A stretch of DNA of 64,000 bases from Candidatus Bathyarchaeota archaeon (GCA_963770935.1 CAVYRJ010000004.1:32001-96000), one strand, 5' to 3'. Counted from the first letter of the stretch, positions 1 through 9,143 are shown. The notes: generated by a model from the sequence alone, not told the origin. Program-made: numbers and translations.

Positions 1-1
1 G

Positions 2-256
2 GCAATAATAAGCGCCATTAGCGCGTTAACATTATCAAACCTGATGCTGCTTTACCCGGGCATGGGTCTGGGGTTTGTAAGCATGGTTTTTGGTTCGGGC
101 ATAACAACGCCAATGTACTATTACGCCTTTGTGCCTTTCTTGACTTTGATGGCGCTAATCATTATTAATTTCAAAGAATTAGTTGCAGCATTCGACTACA
201 AAGGAATCTTTGCAGACTTCACAGATGTATCGAAACGGCAAGATAAGAAGCCATGA
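2..256 (+). CDS. C-terminal fragment of a membrane protein (runs off left edge)
   Basis: Frame is open from position 2 to TGA at 256; hydrophobic segments (LGFVSMVFG, YYAFVPFLTLMALIII). Confidence 0.45.
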   Translation, partial: AIISAISALTLSNLMLLYPGMGLGFVSMVFGSGITTPMYYYAFVPFLTLMALIIINFKELVAAFDYKGIFADFTDVSKRQDKKP

Positions 257-368
257 AGCAAACGGTTGCTTTCCAATAAAAACGAATATTCAAAGGCGTT
301 TACTGATTAGATTTATTTTTCTCAATAACTATAGATATTAGCTTGGTAGGTCATTTCATTACACGTGG

Positions 369-794
369 GTGTTCCATATGAAGTTCAAGTTACAGATATT
401 TACTCAAGATAACATTGAAGGCAATTGTGTGGGCAGGCACTACCGCTTTGCAGTTGTGGATTCAGACAAGTCAAAGAGTTATCCATCGAATTTTATCTGC
501 ATGTTGCCTTCTCAAATAAGTGTTGATCAAAAAAAGAACAATGTCTTTTCAAAGATGTTTGGCGACCAATGTGAAGAGCAAGCAAAAACTCTGCTAACAC
601 ATGCTTTAGTGAATGAGAACGATTTGGATGTTAAAAACGAGATCGAAAGAAGACTCAAACTGCTTGACCCTAAAACAGTTAACCAAATAAAGTGCAGTTC
701 ATGCGGAAAACTCTTTCAGCCTCGGCGAATAAAAAGGTTCAAGCGGAACTACTGTCAGGACTGCATGAACAAAAGCTACGGCAACCGCGGGTAA
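369..794 (+). CDS. Hypothetical protein with C-terminal Zn-finger
   Basis: 141-aa ORF with CSSC...CQDC; true start may be ATG 378. Confidence 0.7.
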   Translation: MFHMKFKLQIFTQDNIEGNCVGRHYRFAVVDSDKSKSYPSNFICMLPSQISVDQKKNNVFSKMFGDQCEEQAKTLLTHALVNENDLDVKNEIERRLKLLDPKTVNQIKCSSCGKLFQPRRIKRFKRNYCQDCMNKSYGNRG

Positions 795-807
795 AAATAA
801 GGATAAA

Positions 808-887
808 TGGTGAGTCCGTTCCTACTTCGCGATTAAAAAAACCCCGATTGAGAGGCTTTCCAACCGCTTCACAGGCTCTCCTCACCA
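808..887 (-). ncRNA. Candidate ~80-nt rod-shaped small RNA
   Basis: Minus strand folds end to end: TGGTGAG/CTCACCA, CCTGT/GTAGG, GAA/GAA internal loop, then a 16-bp GU-rich stem. TATA-like TTTAAAT lies ~25 nt upstream (912-918) and a T-rich tract follows. Confidence 0.4.
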
Positions 888-1084
888 ACCAACTAAGCAT
901 TTACACGCCTGATTTAAAGCTTGGTAAACTTCAAAGCAAACCCCAAAAAGGTTTCTTAAACCAATAAAGGAAGAAAAGCCTTTGGGACATTAAACCTGAA
1001 ATTTCCAGCTAACTACAACACCTTTTTGACCCATCGGTAAATAAGGTGAAAAATGCACCGTTTTGTTCTGAAGATTATATGGTC

Positions 1085-1759
1085 TTAGGCACTAATTTTC
1101 GTTTTACTTTGAACGCTCGAAGCAGCTGCCGAAGCCGAAATACTTGATTTATCGCTGGCTCCCTGAAGACTAGCCTGCCCAGTTTGCAGCTTGTAGGCAT
1201 CAACCAAGGTTACTCGCACATTCTCATGACTTAAACAGACATCGCGGGCTCCCGGATTGTTACCAATCTCTGCGACACCAAGCACTCTCAAACACAAGCT
1301 AACGGTTGCCCTCGTCGGGTTCAAGGTTACATCAAAGGACTTTTCTTCGACACTCATGCTGACAAAACGTACAGCCACTGATCGTTTTGCTCCCCATTTG
1401 AATACTACGATAGGCATGGACGTTTTTCCAGCGGCAATCTGTGGCTTCATCATTAACTCCAGTATTGCTAAAGCTGGGTGGAGGCCGAGGTTTGCTGAAC
1501 TCTGATTTTGAGAGGATGCATCAATTTCTATACTGTCTAGATCTAATGTTAGGTAGAATAGTTCTGTTGGGGTGTCTTGTAGGTTTGCGGACGGGTTTGC
1601 TCCTATTGCAGAAGCTGCAGCTTGATTGAAGGTGTGCAGGAGTTTCTCTGGATTGTATTGAAAAGCAAAAAAAATATTTTTTGGAGAGATAGATGCACCT
1701 TTAGCGTTTGGCGCAAGCAGGATTAGGGTTCCTCTGTTCATGTTAGGTTGGCTGGGCAA
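1085..1759 (-). CDS. Contractile injection system tube-initiator-like protein (Afp7/Pvc7-type N-terminal domain, no LysM)
   Basis: Motifs FQYNPEKL, L.ILELMM.P, PIVVFKWG.KR, S..EE..FD..LNP.RA.V.L.LRVL typical of this eCIS family; starts 22 nt after the tail-tube gene. Confidence 0.75.
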   Translation of the reverse strand: MPSQPNMNRGTLILLAPNAKGASISPKNIFFAFQYNPEKLLHTFNQAAASAIGANPSANLQDTPTELFYLTLDLDSIEIDASSQNQSSANLGLHPALAILELMMKPQIAAGKTSMPIVVFKWGAKRSVAVRFVSMSVEEKSFDVTLNPTRATVSLCLRVLGVAEIGNNPGARDVCLSHENVRVTLVDAYKLQTGQASLQGASDKSSISASAAASSVQSKTKISA

Positions 1760-1781
1760 ATACTGGACCTACCTATACGTT

Positions 1782-2279
1782 TTATGATTCTTGGGGTTCA
1801 GCTACTGCGGTATCTCTTTCCCAACCCTCATTCTCAATGGTTATACTTTGAATGGCAACTGCGTTTTGCCCCGCATCCAAATCAGGTAGAGCAACGTACT
1901 CTGAGACCCAGCATCGATAAACCCTGTAAACTAACACTATAACTCCCGCCTCGTTAAGTAATTCTATGATTATGTCTTTTCGGAAGTTTTTAAGAGACAT
2001 CGAACCGCTTCCTTTGTTAAAAACCAAATTCGCCCAAGTCTCAAACTCAAGATCATGTGTCACGCCTCGCTCCAAAACAATAGGCGCATAATGGGTTTTT
2101 CCCGGAGATTTCCGTTCAACGCTGGCGTCGCCTCCCTCTCTATATGTGATGACGTCTGTAGTTCGTTTCAGCGGACTCATCTTGGAGACACCCGCAACGA
2201 CTTTACCATCCCACTTGACTCTGAACTTAAATTTCTTGTATGGATCAACTCGACCTGGATTAACTGTAAACTGTGGCAT
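1782..2279 (-). CDS. Phage-tail/CIS tube protein (T4 gp19-like, Afp1/5-type)
   Basis: DPYKKFKFRVKWDG, YREGGD...KSPGKT.Y.PIVLERGVT.D.EFE.WA, RCWVSEY.ALPDLDA..NAVAIQ; likely start ATG 2279 (MPQFTVN). Confidence 0.9.
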   Translation of the reverse strand: MPQFTVNPGRVDPYKKFKFRVKWDGKVVAGVSKMSPLKRTTDVITYREGGDASVERKSPGKTHYAPIVLERGVTHDLEFETWANLVFNKGSGSMSLKNFRKDIIIELLNEAGVIVLVYRVYRCWVSEYVALPDLDAGQNAVAIQSITIENEGWERDTAVAEPQES

Positions 2280-2433
2280 AATCTTTTCACTGCTTCTCAT
2301 CTTTCGCAAATAGGCATATTACGTTTGTGGTTTGACCCATGGCCAATTATTGCGACTTCAAAAAAAACTTCCCGCGAGAGGATTTAAGGGTAATTAGGCA
2401 CAAACTAAATACTTCATAACGCTACGTTTCTCT

Positions 2434-3294
2434 ATGGGATATCAGCCTAGGAAGTTGCCTAAAAGCGGGATTCACGAATACAAAAAGCCTCTTCGTGAAA
2501 AAGGTAAAAATAGAAAACATATTCGTAAACGTGGGGAACTAAGACTAGAAGAGAATCATATTGCTACTGAAAGAGAGATTTCAGAAGCAACCCTTAAGCG
2601 ACTGCATACTTTGGGTATCCAGAAGTTTGGTTCTTCCCCATTTAGCGAACATTTCGACCGTTGGTTACAAAATGTGGCGGCTGTTTTGGACGAGTTTAAA
2701 TCAAACCCTAATTTAGGCGTCGATGACCAATTCGTGAAAGAGTGTTCACAGGTGCTTTCTATCATTAAACATCAACTTGAAGTTATATGTCGAAAGGAAG
2801 CCACGCTTAACCGAGAACTAAGTAATTTGTCGGATTGGAAAAGTCGCCTTAAACAAATCAACAAGGAATACTCAACTTTAGCAGGGGCAATTAAGAGTCA
2901 AAGAAATCGCGAAATCAAACATCTCCAAAGCGGCATAAACCGTCTGAACAGGGACCAGGACGAGATAATTCGTATGAAAACCGGATTTTTCCGCGGAGTT
3001 TCCAAGAAGAAGAGAGAGCAGAAAGAAATAGCAGTAGTGAAGGAATTAAATGATAGGCAGACTGAACTTGAATTGGTTCTGTTAAATTTTAGTGTCAAGC
3101 ATAAGGAACTGCGAGCTGAATATGAACGAAGAAGGGAGCCAGTAATGGGGGAAATAAAGAAATTCCGCAGAATAATTCAGAACTTGGAAACAGATGATTC
3201 CTTGGAGCAGCGTTGGTTTGCTTGTGAAGCTCTCATAGATGCAGTGAACACTTTTCTACAAAGAAAAGCTGACCCAGCTGCGTCAACTCGTTAA
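2434..3294 (+). CDS. Hypothetical coiled-coil protein
   Basis: 286 aa with a basic N-terminus and a long E/K/L/R-rich helical middle; divergent from the tube operon. Confidence 0.7.
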   Translation: MGYQPRKLPKSGIHEYKKPLREKGKNRKHIRKRGELRLEENHIATEREISEATLKRLHTLGIQKFGSSPFSEHFDRWLQNVAAVLDEFKSNPNLGVDDQFVKECSQVLSIIKHQLEVICRKEATLNRELSNLSDWKSRLKQINKEYSTLAGAIKSQRNREIKHLQSGINRLNRDQDEIIRMKTGFFRGVSKKKREQKEIAVVKELNDRQTELELVLLNFSVKHKELRAEYERRREPVMGEIKKFRRIIQNLETDDSLEQRWFACEALIDAVNTFLQRKADPAASTR

Positions 3295-3456
3295 AAACTG
3301 ATGCAAAAATGAGGTGAGTTGGGGTTTGAACTCCTTCCCAAGAGACATCATCCGCAAATTCCTTTATTGTTATTTATATTCCTAAAGCTGGTCTATTTGT
3401 TCCGTATTGAATTTGGGTAGCTTTTAATAGACAGAAGAACGCCTTATAGAAATAGG

Positions 3457-3798
3457 GTGGACGACTTGCTTTTTAAACATAAGAGCGTCGTGAAAGTGGA
3501 CATGGCGGATTTAGACGGCGAGAAAGAGGGCCTCGCAAATTTCTTGCTTAGCAAATTCAAATTAAATTCATCCGTAACTCCTAAAGGCTTGGATTTAAAT
3601 ATGGAAGATGTTCCGACTTACCAATTGGCAATAATTGTAAAGAAGTTTATTTATCACAAGAATCTAAACAGCACACATTGGGTTACCGCAGAAAATAACG
3701 TAGTCAAAATCAACAGATTCAAAGGCAACACCCAGAAAAAAGAAAAAAACAAGAAAAGCAATCCCCATCAAAACATTACACAAAGCTGGGGACTTTAA
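3457..3798 (+). CDS. Possible divergent ribosomal protein eL22-like protein
   Basis: 113-aa basic protein; pattern V.VD...L...LANFL..K ... L..IVKKFIYHKNL....V...N.V.I resembles eL22; judged by eye only. Confidence 0.45.
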   Translation: MDDLLFKHKSVVKVDMADLDGEKEGLANFLLSKFKLNSSVTPKGLDLNMEDVPTYQLAIIVKKFIYHKNLNSTHWVTAENNVVKINRFKGNTQKKEKNKKSNPHQNITQSWGL

Positions 3799-4048
3799 AA
3801 TTACATTTCTCCATATATTGGCTATGAAGTAATGAACCTGCGGTGTAGTGCCTGTTGTAGACTTGAATCTACACTCCATTGGAGACCTCACCTGGATTTC
3901 CATCTTTGATTGAAAGCAGGTTTTCCATTTTGATCATTAGTTTGTTTAATACACTAGAAAAGAGAGAGTGCACGATTTACTTCTATTTTCCGATAACCTC
4001 ATAAGCAGTGTGAATTCAAAGAGGATTTGCTAAAAAGAGGCTGGGAAG

Positions 4049-4558
4049 ATGGGTAGTTCATTTCAGGAATTAATGAATGAGTATAGAAAACAGCTGGATA
4101 AGGGACAAATTCAAAAGGCATACCACGGATTAATGGATTATATTTTGTGGTTGAGGTCGCATCTTGAAAACCAGTATCCTGAATATACGGTGTCGGGGAG
4201 TGTATATTTTGGATACATGGATATGACGTATTTTTCCTTTTTTCCCGAATCATTGAAACTTCGAGGATTAAAAGTTGGGGTTGTTTTTATTCATGGCACA
4301 TTTAGATTTGAAGTCTGGCTGTTCGGATATAACAAAGGTGTTCAAGCAAAGTATTGGAAGATGTTTAAAGAAAGTGGCTGGAACAAGTACAAGATTCCAT
4401 CAACGACAAAAGGTGTTGATTCTATTATTGAGGGCGTTTTGGCTGAAAACCCAGACTTCAGTGATTTGGATACCTTAACCGAGAAAATAGAGAAAGGGAC
4501 ATTGAGGTTTATTGATGATGTCGAGAACTTCTTATCCGAAAATCGCGAACGGGGATAA
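4049..4558 (+). CDS. Conserved hypothetical protein
   Basis: 169-aa ORF with protein-like aromatic motifs (YFGYMDMTYFSFFP, FEVWLFGYN). Confidence 0.75.
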   Translation: MGSSFQELMNEYRKQLDKGQIQKAYHGLMDYILWLRSHLENQYPEYTVSGSVYFGYMDMTYFSFFPESLKLRGLKVGVVFIHGTFRFEVWLFGYNKGVQAKYWKMFKESGWNKYKIPSTTKGVDSIIEGVLAENPDFSDLDTLTEKIEKGTLRFIDDVENFLSENRERG

Positions 4559-4869
4559 TAAATGGAAGAAGCAATCAAGACACTGTTGGACTCAGGCAAT
4601 GAGGCAATAATAGTATTCACAAAACGTAACTTGCTTGGAGAAAAAGTGGACATAGAAGAATTATGACCCCTGGCAATTGGAGCCTGAATAGATTCTCGTT
4701 TGAAGCAATGGGTGAGACTGATAGTTCAACGATGCTTGAAGATGAATAGGGACAACCAAATTATTACAAAATTTAAATGTTTATATCAATAGATCGCCAT
4801 CAAAAGTTCTGTTGAAAGCTTACACCACTTGCAGGTGTTGAATTTGGAAAAAACCTCTTTAAAGTTGAG

Positions 4870-6157
4870 TTGGATATGATGAAACATAAATTGCTCATAA
4901 TCATTCTCATGACTATTCTTCTTGCATCATCTTACGTTGCTTTTACTGAGCCACTTCAAGCTAGTTCCACTGATGACTGGCCAATGTTCCACCACGATTT
5001 AACTCACTCAGGTTATTCAGCCACCACAGCTGCAGCAACTTCCGCCACTTTGCTATGGAACTTTACAACTGGAAGCGTGATTTGGGCTTCTCCGGCAATC
5101 GTTGATGGTCGGGTCTACATACCTTCTGATGACGGAAACGTCTATTGTCTTGACGCGTTGACTGGCAACAAAATATGGAACTACACAACCTCCACACTAC
5201 GTCGCGAAAGAGGTATAGGTTCTTCTGTTGCCTTTGCTGACGGCTACATCTATTTTGGAGGTTATGACCGTAATGTTTATTGTTTGAGTGCCTCAACTGG
5301 CAACAAAATATGGAATTATACAACTGGAAATACCGTGGAATCTTGCCCTGCAGTTAACGGTGGCTACGTTTATGTGGGATCCTGGGACGGTAACATTTAT
5401 TGTTTTGATGCATTGACTGGGAACAAAATATGGAATTATTCAGTAGGCGGTCTTGTGGAGTCTTCTCCGGCGGTTGTGGACGGACATGTTTATGTGGGAT
5501 CAACAAACAGTAATGTTTACTGTCTTAGATGCTTTGACAGGCGAGATCATATGGAATTTCACGACTGGCAACATAGTTCAATCTTCTCCCGCAGTCGTCA
5601 ACAACCGTGTTTACATAGGGTCTGAAGACAATAATGTCTATTGCCTCGACGCTTCTAACGGTGGGTTAGTTTGGAACTACACAACTCAAGGTTGGGTTGA
5701 CTCTTCACCCGCGGTTGCTAACGGATACGTCTACGTGGGGTCTTTAGTTTTAGACGCGAACCAAACGTATAAAGCCTCGGACATTTACTGTCTCGACGCG
5801 TCAACTGGAGAGAAAATTTGGAATTTCACTGCAAACGGAGGAGTTAATTCTTCTCCTGCCATTGCAGGGGGGTTCGTGTATGTGGGTGATTGGAATAATA
5901 ATGTTTATTGCCTTAATGCCTCAACAGGAAGCGAGATATGGTCCTACCTAACTAAAAGTCATGTTAATTCGTCTCCAGCTGTTGCGAACGGAATTGTTTA
6001 CGTGGGTTCATGGGACCATAACGTGTACGCTTTTGGTATTCCTTCGAATACAAGCGCAATTTCCAAACCCATAGAAACTATTTACCTATTAGCTATCTTA
6101 ATCGTTGCAGTTTTGATCGTTGCTGCAATAATTGTACTTAAACGAATAAAACAGTAA
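4870..6157 (+). CDS. PQQ-like/BamB-type beta-propeller surface protein, split by a frameshift near 5527
   Basis: Signal peptide, WPMFHHD motif, ~40-aa repeats SSPAV..G.VYVGS.D.NVYCLDA.TG..IWNY and a C-terminal TM anchor with KRIK. ORFs 4870-5625 and 5453-6157 join if one A is removed from tgtcttAgatgct. Confidence 0.85.
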
Positions 6158-6183
6158 ACAAAGGTCTTCAAAAGATTAATTAG

Positions 6184-6408
6184 TTGATAGTTGCCAAAAA
6201 AAACCAAATACTTGACTTTAACTCTGCTTTATTTTTGGGAACCTTGTTGGACCACCCTTCTTGTGAGAAACAAAGTTGCATAAATTGGAAACAGGGGCAC
6301 TGTTCCCTTACCAACCCAGAAAAGGTCTGCGATTTCTGCTTTGACTTCGAAGATGCGGCGGATTTTCTCAGATTAAAAGCAGATGGAATAAAAGGAACGC
6401 TTAGCTAA
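6184..6408 (+). CDS. Small Cys-rich protein
   Basis: C-x4-C-x7-C-x8-C-x2-C; real start probably TTG 6244/6247. Confidence 0.45.
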   Translation: MIVAKKNQILDFNSALFLGTLLDHPSCEKQSCINWKQGHCSLTNPEKVCDFCFDFEDAADFLRLKADGIKGTLS

Positions 6409-6488
6409 ACAAAACATTGTGCTGGGTCAAATGCTCTTTATTTTTATCAAAAGTCTAATAAGCACTTTCAGGTGAAAGAAAGACTAAA

Positions 6489-7064
6489 GTGAAAATCATG
6501 GCTCATAGTTGGGGAGAGGGAAAGGTAGCTGAGGGAATATTTGGAATCGTTGTTCCATCTTTTGTTGCATTTTTAATTATAGGAGTTTCAATGTTGTCTA
6601 CACCCTCACTTGTAGGTCTAAAGTATCCACTCTTAGAAGCAATTGTTATCATAGGCGTTCCGATGTTGATTGGGTTCATTTGGAATCAGTGGGCTGGAGG
6701 AGCGTCTGGTTTTCTCTTGGGCAGTCTTTATGCTCTCTTTTACTCGGATCAACTATACGCTGCTCAAGGCTCAGCTGACATTAGTTTGTTAAGTAATCTG
6801 GTAAGTGCCATGTTGATAGGGTATATTGCAGGTGCGGTGGGGAAACGTTCTACCAACGTTCGTCGATTAATGTTTGCAGGGGTGACATCCGGACTTATGG
6901 GATCTGTGCTGATTATCGTGGTTAGCCAGTTTTCACCTATCATAGGCACAAGTGCATATGGTACCTTGCTTATTTTCCTCCCGAGAATACTTGCTGGGTT
7001 TATAGTTCCGTTCATAGCAAGATCTTTCTTGCAGCATGGGGCTAATCATAGCAAGCCACAATAA
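6489..7064 (+). CDS. Membrane protein, ECF S-component-like
   Basis: 191 aa, ~6 TM helices, Gly-rich (GGASGFLLG, MLIGYIAG). Confidence 0.6.
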   Translation: MKIMAHSWGEGKVAEGIFGIVVPSFVAFLIIGVSMLSTPSLVGLKYPLLEAIVIIGVPMLIGFIWNQWAGGASGFLLGSLYALFYSDQLYAAQGSADISLLSNLVSAMLIGYIAGAVGKRSTNVRRLMFAGVTSGLMGSVLIIVVSQFSPIIGTSAYGTLLIFLPRILAGFIVPFIARSFLQHGANHSKPQ

Positions 7065-7141
7065 ACTGGAACGAATTTAGGTATGGACACTTAGATTAGT
7101 GCCCGCGCTTAAAACAGAGGACACATAGAGAGTGAAATATA

Positions 7142-7426
7142 CTACTTAAATTCCGTCTTTAGCTTGTCGATTACTTTTTGGGTTTCCTCTTCTGATGGAT
7201 GTGTGATTGCGCCGACTGAGCAGATGTCTTCGCAGCCTCTACAGAATACGATACAAGAATTTGGGTTTACTATTGTTTTCTTTTTACTGTTTTTTTCTTC
7301 AAGTCTAAAGGACTTTGTGTGGCAGAAGTCGACGCATTTGCCACAGGTAATGCATTTATCGTAGTCTATCTTTGGATCCCAAGGAATTTTGTTACGAGTA
7401 ATTCCTTCATATGTTTCTTCAGCCAT
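7142..7426 (-). CDS. 2[4Fe-4S] ferredoxin
   Basis: CITCGKCVDFC and CIVFCRGCEDIC.VGAI motifs. Confidence 0.9.
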   Translation of the reverse strand: MAEETYEGITRNKIPWDPKIDYDKCITCGKCVDFCHTKSFRLEEKNSKKKTIVNPNSCIVFCRGCEDICSVGAITHPSEEETQKVIDKLKTEFK

Positions 7427-7459
7427 TTATGTGACTTTCCTTTGGTTAAAATCGATCAC

Positions 7460-7481
7460 TAACAATATTTAAATATTGTTA
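7460..7481. promoter_or_regulatory. Perfect 22-bp palindrome, putative ArsR operator upstream of the ferredoxin
   Basis: TAACAATATTTAAATATTGTTA; related TATTTAA(A/G)TA cores recur before arsR, arsC and acr3. Confidence 0.6.
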
Positions 7482-7647
7482 TTAACTTGTCATTAATGCG
7501 ATATGTTGAGACAAATGGAAAACAAACTCTTGTGTCAAAAATTGCAAGATATCTTAGGCTAAATTCGCTGCCAGAGCTGATGTTGGATACCAAGGTATTT
7601 TATTTCGAGGAACGCTATGAAATTTGTTTTCTGACAAATAATCACCG

Positions 7648-7971
7648 CTAAGCTGTCCAGAATGAGTAGACTTCCAAGTCTTCGAACTGTTTTTTTAGAA
7701 AGGCCTTGACTTCATCTTCGTCTAGGTTAGGTATGCCCTTCTTGTCCTTATGAAGTGCTATTCCAGTTTCTCGTAGATTTTCACCTTTAGGGAAATCATA
7801 GAACATGTAGTAGCGCTTGTCATGTAGCATTATTAGTTTTAGAGTTGAAAGTTCTTTATTTGGCGAGAAGCCGTTCTGTTCAAGAATAAAAACGATTGAT
7901 CCTGGTTTCTTTTCATTAACAAGACTTTTGAACTCTTTCCAACTTCTAAGCCTTACGTGACCTTCACTCAT
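7648..7971 (-). CDS. Hypothetical protein
   Basis: 107-aa ORF with ATG start; no recognised motif. Confidence 0.65.
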   Translation of the reverse strand: MSEGHVRLRSWKEFKSLVNEKKPGSIVFILEQNGFSPNKELSTLKLIMLHDKRYYMFYDFPKGENLRETGIALHKDKKGIPNLDEDEVKAFLKKQFEDLEVYSFWTA

Positions 7972-8134
7972 TATTTATTACCATAGTTTTTGTTTGCAAA
8001 CATGCGTTGGATGGTTAAAGCCTTATCGCTACTTTTTCTACATCTGTTATCGAGAGATATGGCAATATTTAAATTTTAATATGGATTTTACTTAAAACAA
8101 TCAGCGCATAATGCGCTTTTGATAGCCAAAAATA

Positions 8135-8155
8135 TAGCAATATTTAAATATTTAG
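8135..8155. promoter_or_regulatory. Putative ArsR operator/TATA upstream of arsR
   Basis: TAGCAATATTTAAATATTTAG; a partial copy lies at 8062-8077. Confidence 0.5.
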
Positions 8156-8173
8156 CTTTGAGTAAATTGAATA

Positions 8174-8497
8174 ATGGTCCTCACAAAAGATAAAGAAACC
8201 AGATTTAAAGCCAAAATATTCAGAGCCCTCTCAGACCCAATCAGGCTTAAAATACTCAATTTTCTACGCGACGGCGAAAAATGCGTATGTGAGATTATAC
8301 CTCATGTGGCAATAATACAGCCAGTAGTATCTCGTCATCTTAAAATCTTAAAAGACAGCGGAATAGTCAGAGGTAGAAAAGATGGAACTAGAAGACTTTA
8401 TTCAATTACCGACCAGCGGATTTTCCAGATTATCGACGACATAACTCCTGACCTCGTCGATAAATACACCACCAGAATACTTGAACAAATGACATAG
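8174..8497 (+). CDS. arsR: ArsR/SmtB family transcriptional regulator
   Basis: FRALSDPIRLKIL, EKCVCEI metal site, QPVVSRHLKIL; in an ars cluster. Confidence 0.9.
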   Translation: MVLTKDKETRFKAKIFRALSDPIRLKILNFLRDGEKCVCEIIPHVAIIQPVVSRHLKILKDSGIVRGRKDGTRRLYSITDQRIFQIIDDITPDLVDKYTTRILEQMT

Positions 8498-8747
8498 ACT
8501 CTAAAGAAGATCAAACACAAAGATGATAATGGCTTAGTTTAGTTTCTCCACATGCTAATTCACCCATTGCCTTGCCATATTTCTGTGTGTCCTCCATTGT
8601 CTTGAATGGTCCAAAAGCAAAGTCGTATTGTGGATGGCTCTCTTTTGTGGGGGAATTTCAGATTGGATATTCTCGGGTTTTGTTTTTTCTTTTAGTCCAA
8701 CAAATATTTGCAATATTTTTTCCCTTTTATCAGTTGAGCGTTCAAAT

Positions 8748-9143
8748 CTAAACTTGTTCATCTACCAGTTGCTTGACTCTTCGTTGGATTTCATCTCTTA
8801 TTTCTCTTACTTTCTCGATGGGTTTACCTTTTGGATCTTCAAGCTTCCAATCGATTGTCGGCTTGAAAAAAGGGCCTGGGCATATACCTTGGTCGTTACA
8901 ACCCATTGTAATAATTAGGTCTGCGTCTTGCGCCATCTGGAAATTAAGCAGCTTTGGTTTGTTGGTTGATATGTCAATACCCTTCTCCTGTAACGCTTCA
9001 ACTACTACAGGGTTAACCCTGTCAGCAGGTTTGTTACCTGCACTCGAGACTAATAGCTTTCCTTTTCCATAATAATTTCCGAAAGCCTCTGCCATTTGAC
9101 TTCTTCCAGCATTTTCCACACAAACAAAAAGAATATGTTTCAT
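8748..9143 (-). CDS. arsC: Arsenate reductase (LMW-PTP fold, thioredoxin type)
   Basis: ILFVCVENAGRSQMAE P-loop, MGC...CPG redox pair, DW.LEDPKG. Confidence 0.92.
   Translation of the reverse strand: MKHILFVCVENAGRSQMAEAFGNYYGKGKLLVSSAGNKPADRVNPVVVEALQEKGIDISTNKPKLLNFQMAQDADLIITMGCNDQGICPGPFFKPTIDWKLEDPKGKPIEKVREIRDEIQRRVKQLVDEQV

Noticed and set aside
808-887. Hairpin as a tRNA, C/D box RNA or SECIS
   Set aside because: It ends in ACCA but has no cloverleaf, no canonical C/D boxes, and no in-frame UGA selenoprotein candidate upstream; kept only as an unclassified ncRNA candidate.
692-967. 91-aa plus-strand ORF
   Set aside because: Overlaps the Zn-finger gene out of frame and spans the hairpin region; no protein-like motif.
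3311-3340. tRNA T-arm-like string (ggggtttgaactcc) as a possible att site of tRNA-Leu
   Set aside because: Only weak similarity to the tRNA 3' end and imperfect stem pairing.
4562-4666. 34-codon ORF after the 4049-4558 gene
   Set aside because: May be the stub of a deleted gene, but too short to assign.
5040-6030. Regularly spaced ~120-bp repeats as a CRISPR array
   Set aside because: They are in-frame, degenerate beta-propeller coding repeats; no CRISPR array or cas gene was seen in the window.
7142-7426. Ferredoxin as mercury-methylation HgcB
   Set aside because: No C-terminal Cys tail and no hgcA nearby.
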